A stretch of 64,000 nucleotides of DNA, taken from positions 19,716,001 through 19,780,000 of the forward strand of contig OZ287758.1 of NCBI GenBank assembly GCA_965649765.1. Direction: 5' to 3'. The first letter of the stretch is position 1. The number at the start of each line of letters is the position of its first letter. Both the position numbers and the translations under genes were made by a program. The notes under the pieces are model-generated. The model was not told the DNA's origin. It was given only the letters and a program-made list of their open reading frames with translations, and did no database searches. This document shows positions 1 to 12,479 of this stretch, piece after piece. The DNA comes from Bispira polyomma (lineage: Eukaryota).

Positions 1-197
1 GTGGTGTTGTACTCTGAATTCTCCTTCTCTAACCATGTCGCATCGGTGTGTAGATCATGTTTTGTTGGCCTCCGTGATTTCAGGCGGATTCGACGCTATC
101 TTTCCAAATCCACTGCAATCACTGTTGCCAATGCTTTGGTCAGCAGCAGGCTTGATTACTGCAACTCTCTGTTCCGTTCCTTATCTCGTAGTGATCT
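1..197 (+). mobile_element. L2/CR1-group LINE reverse transcriptase fragment, same family as the element at 59230-62387
   Basis: Encodes ..LVSSRLDYCNSL.. and matches 61605-61801 with about 8 mismatches in 197 nt by eye. Similarity stops abruptly after GTGATCT at 197. Confidence 0.92.
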
Positions 198-320
198 AAA
201 CCTAAAATTCACAGTAGATGTCAGACAAGATGGACGTTATTAAATTTTAATTCCCACCCACCCACTACTTGTTTAGTAGTTGTTCACTATAGTTAGTGTT
301 ATTGGTGTTACATTGTATGC

Positions 321-577
321 AGGGGGCGCGGTGGCCTAGTGGTTATCAAGTATTGCGCTTCACAATCACTGGTCTTTCACCTCTGGGCGGCGTGAGTTCG
401 AATCCCGTCAATGCCTATGTGGGAAAGGTGGTAGTTCCTTACTGTGGGCCGCTGGTTTCTCTGCAGAACCTTGACCGACTGTATGCAGTGTTTCCTCCAG
501 CGTTTCCAACTACCCATCCCAATATAACCTACTAAAAGGTACTAGAGTGGACGTTAAATATCCAAATTCAAATTCAA
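321..577 (+). mobile_element. Full-length tRNA-derived SINE (family 1)
   Basis: A box TGGCCTAGTGG, B box GTTCGAATCC and (CAAATT)n tail. Flanked by a 14-bp TSD GTTACATTGTATGC (307-320 / 578-591). Other copies at 611, 4688, 28921 and 40526. Confidence 0.93.
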
Positions 578-610
578 GTTACATTGTATGCTTGGCATAC
601 TTCATTGTGG

Positions 611-745
611 CGGGGCCTCGTGGTTAGCAAGCATTGCGCTTCACAATCACTGGTCTCTCACCTCTGGGCCTCGTGAGTTCGAATCCCGTCGATGCCTATG
701 TGGAAAAGGTTGTAGTTCCTTACAAATTAAAAAAAAAGCAAAAAA
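611..745 (+). mobile_element. Family 1 SINE, 5' half only, with A-rich tail
   Basis: Matches the SINE head up to GTAGTTCCTTAC, then an A-rich run. 12-bp TSD ACTTCATTGTGG (599-610 / 746-757). Confidence 0.88.
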
Positions 746-2821
746 ACTTCATTGTGGGGTTATATTGTATTCTAAACATTCATTTATGGATGTCTAATTT
801 TGTCAATATTAACCATATTAACCATATTGAAGGCATGAATAAACTAACAATTATTACCAAACTCCTGGTGTTTGTCTTAAAGTGTTACTACATCTTAACT
901 TCTTTATTTGGTCATCAAGCAATTATGTACACTGAGTCAGCACTGCTTGTTTATTTTGCTTTTAAATGAATTGCAATAATCACCACAATCACTAGCATCT
1001 TCACCATTAAGTGATTTCATTTAAATTTGATTATTTGTCTATATTGTAACATGATTTATGACTGTGACAGGCACTGTAACACCCTTTTTTAAAGTCATGA
1101 AGACCTCTTGGATAAACAGTAAGTGTGACAATGGCACCTAACATATCCTCGACCATCACAGATACTTTGCGATCCTTGATTACTAGAAATCAAACTGCTT
1201 TTATTCACATTTAACTTGGGCTTTGAAAACTACTCCGGTAATAACTAACTTGATCATAGACAAAACATATTTAAATTTTTTATCTACCATCAATAACAAG
1301 GCTTATTGTACAACAAAGGATTCCTTAAGAAGCTGGATTCTAATATTTCTTGATAAAATCAAGACATTTCTAAATAAATACTTTAGGTCAAGCTAGTAGC
1401 TATTTGGGAAATGTTATATTTTATAAAGAATCATCAGCAATTCTGAGTATAAATATTTACTTTGACTGAAATTAATCTTATTCTGCTTAAATATACAAAC
1501 ATTTATGAGAACTGTACACACATAGTCCAACTAATATCTAACATATTTTCTCTCTGTGAAGAAGAAATATATTTCTGTACATAAGGTTGCACATTTTAGG
1601 AAATGAGCTATTGTTTTTGACATAATTGCCACTTATATAAAATATGCAGTTAGGTTGCTTATTTCATGAAATTTTCTTACCCATTTCATGAAATAAGCAA
1701 TTTTACATTTGGGATGTAACATACACATGATATTTGGATATCTGACTAAGGAGGAGGGAAACTCTAAATTAAAACTAAATGTTTTGATTGAATTTACAAA
1801 ATTTTACATATTATATATATATCATCCAATTTATTACACCAATATGTTACAAATTGTCTTCAAAATATATATTTTTTTAGACCTGAAAATGACTTTTGAA
1901 ATAGATTTGCTCTTATAAATGACATTTTCTCATATATTACATGTCATGTGGTATATTTTATGTAGTAAATGACTTCAATTGAATCACCCATTTTGTACAT
2001 ATACAAATCTTAAATGAATTGATAGCAGGCAAGCAGTCTTTATTCATACAACAGTATGTGATAATTACAAATAATGGCTAACTTCAAATTCAATCGGTGA
2101 TTATTTTGAACCTTCTTAATCTGGCCCAATGGATTTCTCAGACTGAGAAGCCACATCTCAACTTTCCTGTAATTGTATTTAAAGTTAAGAAGCCACAAGT
2201 ATCACATATAATTGGATGACCAGCATCCAATATAGGAAATTGTGAGTCTTCCATGAGATTTACCTTACACTATTTTACAGTTTTAGGTACATCAAAAGAA
2301 GGGTTTGTAAAGGGTTATTTTCATCTACCTTCAAAGCTAGTGTGACCTGTGCAGAAATGTAATTGAGTCTTTGATGATATTTGGATGCTAAAAAAAGCCA
2401 CAGTCCGCTGGTTACAGTATCAAAGTTTTACAAACTAGTACCCTGTAACCTTTTGTCTTTATTTAATAAAATAGTAATTTAAAATTATATTTAATTTTCA
2501 GTTTTATAATTATTCAATTTTAAAGTAAAACAAATAAAAGTGTTCAATTTGTATATAATATGTGCAAACCAATATATTGACCAAACTTGTGCAAATAGAC
2601 AATAATGTAAATACAAAATACATGTGATGTAGCATGCTTTAAAGTGACCTAACTAAATCCAGATACTTTAATAACTTCAAACACAAACCACCAAATAATA
2701 CTACATGTATATTATATGCATGAGAAAGACTGATGAATTCACCAAACACTGATATTGATCTTTTAAATGTCAATAAAACCCTTGAATGAAATTTTCACAT
2801 TACACATGTTTACTGAAATGA

Positions 2822-2823
<2 letters not shown>

Positions 2824-2873
<50 letters not shown>
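2824..2873. repeat. (AT)n microsatellite
   Basis: About 25 perfect AT units. Confidence 0.98.
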
Positions 2874-2875
<2 letters not shown>

Positions 2876-4359
2876 GAATTAAATGACCACTGTAATCATT
2901 GTTTTTCTGTGTGACAAATTATGCCTGATGCATTGATGATATTTAAAATGTATTTTTAAAAACAAATATTCATGAATGCGAATGCATTTGTAGTGTATTC
3001 ATATACGATTTTTGTAAATTAATTTGAATACGAATACTTTCAAAAATGTATTGAAATACACACAAATACAAAATATAATGAATACCCCTCGAGTACAACA
3101 ATAATAGATGACATTTCTTTTGTTTTGTAGACTTATTTAAGTGTGTTTTTTAGAGTAAACAACATGTGACAATATTCCAGAATGTGTTTTTGTAAGGCAT
3201 ATATGTGTTCATCATGCACTGCATAAGGACTAAATTAAACATTAAAATTTGTGCAGTTTAAAAAAGGAATAAAAAATAAATATTAACTAACAATTTAATT
3301 TGTTACAAATTAAAGGTAATATGTGTCAGTTACAATCTTATACCTGTTATACTTTTCAGACTAAAATAAAATAAGTTGGTCTTTTTTAACTTGTATTATT
3401 ATCATTAGCTCTAAAACGGTCACAATTAGTACAATTAGTACAATCAAACACGTTTCTTCAATGTTATATAGCCGATATTGTATTAAAATTATGTAAGTAA
3501 ACAATCTGTCTGAAAAAAAACAGACCTAGTTTACAAAATTGACGAGACAACCTGTTTTTACTTTATTATATTATCGTATCTCTAAAACTATCAAATATAT
3601 TAAAATGAAAAGTATTACATGCATTCAACGTTAAATCAGTGGTATTGTCATAAAATTGCAGCTTAAAGAAAACAATATGCATTAAAAGCGAGCCTCATCC
3701 CCAAACTGACGAATATACCTTTTAAACTTCCATTGTATTAACAGGCAAAACCAATTTCTGGAGCAACGCTTTACATCTTGGAACACTAGCCCCAAAAGTC
3801 TCCTGAAGGTTAATTTCAACACTATAAGTGTACACAAACGAGCACTTCTATTTTGTGTAATTCTGAGGTACTTTTAGATACCGAGGTACCATATCTTGTG
3901 CAAAAATGTTTCAGAAATCTACAGAATCAGCTCAGGAGGTCATCTGAACTTCAGCATAATATATACCCAGATACTCATACACTCATGAACCCTTTCTATA
4001 GAAATCTATTTATCCCACTGTGTATATATAGGTTTCCTCCTTCAACGCCACCTAAACGCATGGCTTCTGGGGATACAAAGTGCTGTAATTGACCTTCAAA
4101 TGACCTTTGAGGCTGATACTATAGATTTCTTAAACGTTTTTCCACAATTAAGTACCTGAGAATAGCTAAAAAATTGAAGTTGTTAAATGAAGAACAGTCA
4201 ATAAATCAGGTTACCAAACCGGGCTACTCATCTTAGAAAACAATGCACACTAAAATTTATTTGCATCAACTTTAAATTTATATGGGCATGATTGACTATA
4301 GCTAAGTAAATCAAGGTTAAGGGCTAAATTATATCAAAGTGATATTGTTGTGTTATATT

Positions 4360-5190
4360 GTGGATTTTTAATGCACCTTATTGCTGTGAGGAATCTTCTA
4401 AAGTGCAACAACAGAATCGGTTAACCAATAGAGAAGTAAAAAAACATAACAAGATCGTAAGGAAGGATGTGGGTCAGCACAAGGAGGGAACTATCAGGGT
4501 AGGCCGTTTAAAGAGGTGGATTTTAAGCTTTTTCCTAAAACCACAAAGTGTTTCAAGTGATTTAAGCATAACAGAGAGACTGTTCCATAACATATGGGCA
4601 GTAAGAGAAAGCTCTAAATCTAGCCCTCTGGTAGGTTTTACAGAAGAAACAGAAGGTCGCTATTCCCTTTTAAGGTTACTGAAGGCAATTTGAATTTGAA
4701 TTGGAATATTTAACGTCCACTCTAGTACCTGTTTAGGTTATATTGGGACTGGTAGTTGGAAACACTGGAAGAAACATTGCATACAGTTGATCAAGGTTCT
4801 GCACTGAAACCAGCGGCCCACAGTGAGGAACTACCACTTATCAGTTATCACTTGGCAGTATCCAGAGACAAGTGATTTATGACTTTTTTGGTATCACGGA
4901 TTTGATATTAACAAGAATACCAAATATTATTGATGTGTATATAAAATTAAAAAGTGGAGTCAATTGTGACACCAAGGTTCTTAACATTATCAGAGGGCTG
5001 TGTATCATTGCCCAGTAAAGTAATGGGGAATGATGATCTGAAGTACTCACTGTGTTTCTTACTGCCAATAAGAATAAATTCCTTTATGTCAGGATTTAAT
5101 TTTAATTTTGAGTAGTTTATCTAAGTCCGTACTGACAAGAAACAGTCAGTAAGTAGACTCAGAGTTTTGGGGTTGAGAGAGAGATAGAAA
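4360..5190 (-). mobile_element. Decayed L2-group LINE 3' part, interrupted by a SINE
   Basis: Minus strand reads SKLKLNPDIKEFILIG near 5065-5112. The 3'-end motif GCACTTTAGAAGA..TAAGGTGCATTAAAAAT near 4365-4407 is shared with the 18.9 kb and 33.2 kb fragments. Confidence 0.75.
4688..4838 (-). mobile_element. 5'-truncated family 1 SINE
   Basis: Reverse complement of the 3' half of 321-577, including the (CAAATT)n tail. Confidence 0.9.
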
Positions 5191-5194
5191 AAAT

Positions 5195-6338
5195 CACTAC
5201 ACACCCCCACGAATGGGTTAGTCCATTTTGACCATTTTATTCCTTGCATTAATACAGGTATGTGACCTAGCTTCTGATTGGCTCAGCCTCCCTGCTGTGG
5301 GGCTCACTCTTTAAAACCCCTCACTCTAAATGTAACAAAGAAGCAAAATTGATTTATATGAACTTGAATTTTGGTTCCCTCTGTATTTCAGTAGTTCCAC
5401 CCTTATTATGATAATTACAGATGTTATATGAATTCTAATATAGTGTTCTAGTTTCAGATCACTGGATGTGTGATAAATATCTCTGTCAGTAGTGTAACTA
5501 GTTTGGCTGGTATTGGACAGCTTTGTCAGGGCCAATACCTTGGTGTCCTCTGTATTCACATTGTAGTGGTACACAGCCACTTGGAATTACTTCGAATACC
5601 TTGCATGGGATACGGAAAATGCTAGTGCAATTTTTATATATAATATCTAGATCCTGTTTCTATTACTTTGCTTGGGATCCTGACGATGTTAGTGCGATGT
5701 TAGTGTTACATATAATATCTGGATCCTCAGTTGTTAAAAGTGTCAGCTGTTATACTGATGGTTGTGGCTTCCCTTGACCCAAGTGCAAGATGTGAGGTTC
5801 GCTTTATTGAGAGCTAGTGTATCAGCTCTATATAGTACTCAGGCTATTGGGGCCGGGTCAGGTGCGTTCAGCTTGACGGGAACACTTTGCTTAAAATCAA
5901 TATTCAATACCAGTGTAGTCTGTTATTGTATTGCAATTCTAGTGCTAATGTTGGCGTAGTCCTCTACCATGAGCTATTATGTATTAGATTGTGAGGTGCC
6001 GTATTGCTCGGCTACGTATGGCATATTATATTGAGCAAGTACGTAAAAATGCTTTAAGCATATATAAAAACTGATGGCTGACAATAAGGCTGCCAAAGAA
6101 TAAAGATAAGGGTGTGGATTTCGCACACTACGGACATGGCGGGTGAAAGGCTCGAACCCAGGACTGTGTGGGGCCAAGTCTTCCCTAATAAACTAACCCC
6201 TGAGTGTGGGCTACCAGGGAGGCTTAGGAGTTCTGTGAGAGGGACCTGCCCCTGTTGGATGATTATGTGCCATAAGCTCCGAGTTCTAACCTTAGTCCAC
6301 CTGGCGTATCCACTCGGTATTGAGTGGGTGGTTTGACA
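5195..6338 (+). mobile_element. Possible partial solo LTR
   Basis: Relatively GC-rich non-coding block with GATTGG and TTTAAAA promoter-like motifs and AATAAA at about 6099 and 6188. Ends ..GGTTTGACA. No 5' TG or TSD identified. Confidence 0.3.
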
Positions 6339-9136
6339 CATTCACATTTGCTGTCACAGTTCACCATGCAGATAGTTTATTACTTTGCTAGATATCATTT
6401 CTGTCTATATGACATTTTAAATGGGCCAGTTAGTACAGGTACTTAAATTATATTAAATACTCTTTGTAGGTATACCGAGACGCTACATTGTGTTACACAG
6501 TATGTAGGTGATTGCACATTAATTGGAATATATTTCGATCTCAATTGGTCTTTTCTACAGCGACGCCAGCTTTAAAATGTTTTTGCCTTTTTACATGTAT
6601 ATTCTGAACTTGACATTTAGTTGTATCACATAATGCATGCTTTAGTTGTTAACAATATGCCTATTTAGTAATAAAGCTCATAAGGTTACTGTTGAACTGC
6701 AGTGCATCATTACCCCAAAGTTCACATTTTATAACACGAGAATGTTTGATTTAGTACAGGACCAACAAATCATGAACAGCATACGAGAACATCTAAAGAA
6801 GGGCATGGAGTACAGTCTGTGGAAAGTGGCAATATTTCAGCTTAACAGCTTTATTAAATGTAAAGTTACGGGGGAATGAATCAGTGGCTCTTTGAAATAG
6901 TACATCACAAACGAATGAGGCCGACCCCACACAATGTTATATATAACCTGAGGTATTAGGACGCTATATTGTTCTTTCTATTAGTTCCGTTCAGGGCTTG
7001 GTCGTCATCATTGGGTATAAGTGATCTATTTTGTAACTACACGTAAGTCCTAACACTTTATACTGGTACTTATACCTTGGTAGTTTAAGGTTGAAGAGTA
7101 GTGTGTTTGAAAACTTGATTTTATGATCAAGGACCATTAATAAATTAAAGGCAAGGACGCCTCAGTGATTTAACAGGAGAGGCTCAATTAGGAAGTTTAG
7201 GTAACCAGATTTAACAGAAGAGGCTTAATGAAGGTGTTTATTGTGAGTGTGTACCGGTAACCAGGGCAGAAATCACTGCACTTCAGAATTTTGTTCTATA
7301 CAGTGGAAACACAGAATTATTCTGTAGCAGTGGAAAATGTTGTAAAAACACCCAGTGGGTGTCACATAGTGGACTGGTACCCTTACATATAGATTACAGC
7401 ATCTGTTATTAAATGTTTTTACTTGGATAGCCGTAGTAAATTTCACTTTTCTGTTTCGCAGATTTATGCTTCATTTATTTTGAATAAATTATACACTGTG
7501 AATTCCAGACCATTTACGTCAGAATCCTAGCTAGACATTTTGTTTGATGTCGTAGGTGTGATTACAAGATCAAACTCCCGTAAACTAGCAAGCCAGGCTG
7601 ACATTTTGAGAATGGTATCAACAATAAGTGGCTGGCGACACAAGACTAGTTAACCTTCTTACACATGACATCAATTGATTTGATTACAAATTAGGATAGA
7701 CGTGCCCCTTTTATATTTAGATCTGTAGTGCAAAACAGAAGTAACTTCTGGTTTTAGCTAGAAATACGTGGCTTTATTGTCATTATTGTATTGAGACTGG
7801 ATTTAAACCCATCACATTGCAAGGGTGGTCACACAGGGTCACAATAATAGACAAGCTCTTCACCTGAAAATTCAAAGTTTTAAAATGACACCAATTATTG
7901 TGTGTAGTCATCAATGCGATGTGATATGAAAGGTCAGTTTAAGCTCTGAGTGAGTTGCAAGTGGTTCTTTACTGTATATGTGTAAAAGCATATGTGTAAA
8001 AAACGTAGCTTAAAAAACCATAACTAAATCTACAATCATTTAAATTAATCGCTTGAGGAAAAGGCTACTTTTTCCTAGTCCATTAGTATCTTTAAAAAAC
8101 GAATTGTGATGTATTTCACCTAACATATATAACGAACCACACGGCTGATGTATGCTGTGTTGTGTTCTAGATGTGTCAGGAGTAACTAGTTTAAAAGTTT
8201 GTGTGGAATACTTTTTCAGATTTCAAGTAAGTCTTTTGTCTTCTTTTTTTTCACAAAGTGTCTCACATTTCAAAGTGTCTGTAGTATGGTAAAATTTTAC
8301 AATTATTCTCTGTTTTATTTAATTACAACCTAGCTTTACAGGGTGAAATCCATATCGGCCAGTCATTCAACAGCAGCCAAAGCTTACCATTGCAAGGACC
8401 ATTTGAAACCATATTCCCTATAAAATATATTATTACATCGTAATACAGCTCAGTAGGAAGTCCAGCGATTTACTGATTGAGAGCCACCTTCAGTAGCCAG
8501 GAATGCAGACTTAACCTTTAATTATGGTTATATTCCTCTATATAACCTAATATATAACCTAATATGAGTGTTTGTCAGACAGATTAATGTCATCTTGTTT
8601 TACCTCTTTCTGTCTCTATGCCGACTAGCTGCATGTCTGCTGTACTGTAGATCAGAACCAACAGGACTCACTGAGGTCAGATATATTCAAGGATGTCCAG
8701 CACACCTACTCTACTCTGTGTCCTACTAATCTCTATCCCTCTCATTCATGGTAATTACAAGTGCTTTTTTTACTTTGCTTTCCATTGTGTGACGCACGTT
8801 GATGTTGGCATGTCAACTCCTCAGTCTGGAGTGTACAGCAATAGAGCCACACACTAAATGGGAAGAATGGTACAATTTAAATTTAAGATCTAAATTATGC
8901 ATTGTCATATATATGCTGTCATATATTTTGTACAATGTCTAAGAGTCTTTGGCCTTAGGTAAGATAAAGTTTCCGAAGTCAAATATATACTATGATATCA
9001 AATGATTTGATATAAAAGCATATTGGTTGTCTTGTTTGGCCAAAGCAGGCTTGTATGAGATATGCATAAGATGTTCATATTTGTACTGCAGTGCAATATA
9101 CAACAGACCTAAATATCATTCTCCAATTTTTAACAG

Positions 9137-9369
9137 CTTGCATGGTTCTACACAAAGGCGATGCGTTAATTCGTGTGAAAGGTTCCAAGAATAATCGTGC
9201 CGGAAAGGTTTTAGGAAGGAAGGGGTTGACATTGGCCACAAATGATAAGGCTGACGACAAGCTGGTGGTGATTTTCAAGCCGCCTGTTACTGTAGGGAAT
9301 GTCACCTTGTCACACAAGTTCACATGTCTCATCACTCTCTACGTCAATGATGATCAACAAGCTGGTAGC
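9137..9369 (+). CDS. Core exon of novel paralogue A (putative secreted discoidin/galactose-binding-like beta-sandwich protein)
   Basis: TTTTTAACAG acceptor and AGC|GTAAGT donor; 233 nt, phase 1 to 0. Encodes CMVLHKGDALIRVKG..KVL..LATN..D.L...F.PPVTVGNVT..F...TLY.., which aligns with exon 40817-41049. Confidence 0.85.
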
Positions 9370-9374
9370 GTAAG

Positions 9375-11302
9375 TAGTCAGTCATAAGAACTGTTATATT
9401 GCCAAGCTTTGTCAGTCATAAGAACTTTTATAATGCCAAGGTTAGTCAGTCATAAGAACTGTTATAATGCTAAGGTTAGTCAGTCATAAGAACGGTTATA
9501 ATACCAAGGTTAGTCAGTCATAAGAACTGTTATAATGCCAAGGTTAGTCAGTCATAAGAACTGTTATAATGCCAAGGTTAGTCAGTCATATGGAACGGTT
9601 ATAATGCCAAGGTTAGTCAATCATAGGGAACTTTTATAATGCCAAGGTAAGTCAGTCATAGGAACTGTTATAATGCCAAGGTAAGTCAGTCATATGGAAC
9701 TGTTATAATGCCAAGATTAATCAGTGATATGGAACTTTCATAATGCCAAACTTAGTCAGTCATGGGGATCAATTGTAAGGCCAAGTTTATTCAGTCATGG
9801 GGAACTATTATGAGACCAATGTTAGTCAGTTATAAAGAATTGTTATAAGGCCAAAGTTAGTCAGTAAAAGAGAAATATTATAATGCCAACGTTAGTCAGT
9901 CATAGCGAACTGTTATAATGCCAAGGTTAGTCAGTCATAAGAACTGTTATAATGCCAAGGTTTGCCAGTCATAAGAACTGTTATAAAGCCAAGGTTAGTC
10001 AGTCATATGGAACGGTTATAATGCCAAGGTTAGTCAGTCATAGGGAACTGTTATAATGCCAAGGTAAGTCAGTCATAGGGAACTGTTATAATGCCAAGGT
10101 TAATCAGTGATATGGAACTTTCATAATGCCAAACTTAGTCAGTCATGGAGATCAATTGTAAGGCCAAGTTTAATCAGTCATGGGGAACTATTATTAGACC
10201 AATGTTAGTCAGTCATAAAGAATTGTTATAATGCCAAAGTTAGTCAGTCAAAGAGAAATGTTATAATGCCAAGGTTAGTCAGTCATAGCGAACTGTTATA
10301 ATGCCAATGTTAGTTAGTCATAGTGAACTGGTATAATGCCAAGTTTAGTCAGTCATAGCAAACTGTTATAAGGCCAAGAAAGGTCAGTCATAGGGAAATG
10401 TTGTAAGACCAAGGTTAGTCAGTCATAGCGAACTGTTATAAGGCCAAGGTTAGTCAGTCATGGGAAACTATTATAAAACCAAGGTTAGTCAGTTATAAGG
10501 AACTATTGTAAGGCCAAAGTTAGTCAGTCTTGAAAAACTATTGTAAGGCCAAGGTTATTCAGTCATGGGAAACTTTTGTAAGGCTAAGGTTAGTCATTTA
10601 TGGGGAGCTATTGTAAGGTCAAGGTTAGTCAGTCATGGGGAACTATTGTAAGGTCAAGTTTAGTCAGTCATGGGGAATTATTTTAAGGCCAAGGTTAGTC
10701 TGTTATGGGGAAATGTTATAATGCCAAGGTTGGTCAGTCATGTTGAAATATTATAATACCAAGGTTAACCAGTTACGGGAACTGTTATAAGACCAAGGTT
10801 AATCAGTTATAGGGTACTGTTGTAAGGCCAAGGTTATTTAGTCATGTGGAACTATTGTAAGGACAAGGTAAGTCAGTCATAGGGAAATGTTATAATGCCA
10901 AAGTTGGTTAGTCATGGGGAACTATTGTAAGGACAAGGTTAGTCAGTCATAGGGAAATGTTATAATGCTAATGTTATTCAGTTATAGAATAATTTTGTAA
11001 GGCGAAGGTTAGTCAGTCAAAAGGAAATGTTGTAAGGCCAAGGTTAGTCAGTCATGGGGAACTATTGTAAGGCAAAGGTTAGTCAGTCATGGGGAACTAT
11101 TGTAAGGCCAAGGTTAGTCAATCATAGGGAAATGTTATAATGCCAAGGCTATTCAGTTATAGGATACTGTTGCAAGACGAAGGTTAGTCAGTCATAAGAA
11201 ACTATTGTAAGAGCAAGGTTAGTCAGTCATGGGGAACTATTGTAAGGTAAAGGTTATTTAGTCATAGGGAAATGTTATAATGCCAACGTTAGTCATTCAT
11301 AG
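9375..11302 (+). repeat. 34-35-bp minisatellite, about 55 copies, intronic
   Basis: Unit about AAGGTTAGTCAGTCATA(G)GGAACTGTTATAATGCC. Starts directly after the exon donor at 9370. Confidence 0.97.
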
Positions 11303-11619
11303 GTGTTTTTTTAAAGCAGCTTTATTTACCCTTTTTGCACAAAATAATACACAATAAAAATCATAGGAGGGTGAGGGTGTAAAACCCCCAGCCACGGCTT
11401 AACAAAAACATTTCGTATGCAGTATGAAGAAATAAAAAAGTTTTAGACATTTTAATTACGTTTTTGTTATTAAAGAACACAATCTACAATAGTGACAAAC
11501 AGAATTTCAGAAGATACAAGTACTACAAGAGTACATCACTTCGTATTTAGACATTATTGCATAAAATGATAAAAATATCAATGTCTTATATCACAACCGG
11601 GTGTGTAAAATTCAGAAGT

Positions 11620-12025
11620 TTTACCTAAGTAACCCCTTTAAATATAGTTTTACCTAAGTGTAGTAGAACCCCTTTATATGTAGTTTTACCTTAGTATAGT
11701 AGAAACCCTTTAAGTATAGTTCTACCTAAGTGTAGTAGACCCCCTTTAAGTATAGTTCTACCTAAGTGTAGTAGACCCCCTTTAAGTATAGTTCTACCTA
11801 AGTGTAGTAGACCCCCTTTAAGTATAGTTCTACCTAAGTGTAGTAGACCCCCTTTAAGTATAGTTCTACCTAAGTGTAGTAGACCCCCTTTAAGTATAGT
11901 TCTACCTAAGTGTAGTAGACCCCCTTTAAGTATAGTTCTACCTAAGTGTAGTAGACCCCCTTTAAGTATAGTTTTACCTAAGTGTAGTAGAACCCCTTTA
12001 AGTATAGTGGAACCATTTTAAGTAT
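11620..12025 (+). repeat. 36-bp minisatellite, about 11 copies
   Basis: Unit TTTAAGTATAGTTCTACCTAAGTGTAGTAGACCCCC; the central copies are identical. Confidence 0.97.
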
Positions 12026-12479
12026 AGCTGAGTTTGGTAAGAATTACGAATAAGTAAAAGTAGTATGCTAAACTTTAATAGGCATTTTCCTATGAAAAAT
12101 AAACATCAAGAAAAACCACATCATTATTATATGATTCGTTAGAACTTTGTTTAGTCCCCTTAAATTTTTAACTTAACTGCATTTTACTGTAGATCGCAAT
12201 TTAATTTTAAAAAAATCTTTAATTTAGGTTAATAATATACAGTAGAAAATTTAATTTCAATACATCATGCTCTCATTTTTTGTAACTCCATGTTCGTCAA
12301 GATGAACTAAAGACGGCCGTTTTCATTAAAATACAGAACATTCACACAAACATAAAATATACACTCACAAATGCAAATAAACATACACACACAAAAAAAG
12401 AAAAACAGTCATTTGTGATACTTTATGACATATTTTTCAAAGAAATGTTAAAATCGAACCATGGGCTTGCTGTGCTTAT

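Noticed and set aside
321-410. tRNA gene
   Set aside because: A and B boxes are present, but the sequence continues into a shared SINE body with tail and TSD and occurs in five copies.
8171-8226. AG..GTAAGT-bounded mini-exon as part of paralogue A
   Set aside because: The frame I read as open ends in phase 0 and cannot join the phase-1 exon at 9137; unsupported without transcripts.
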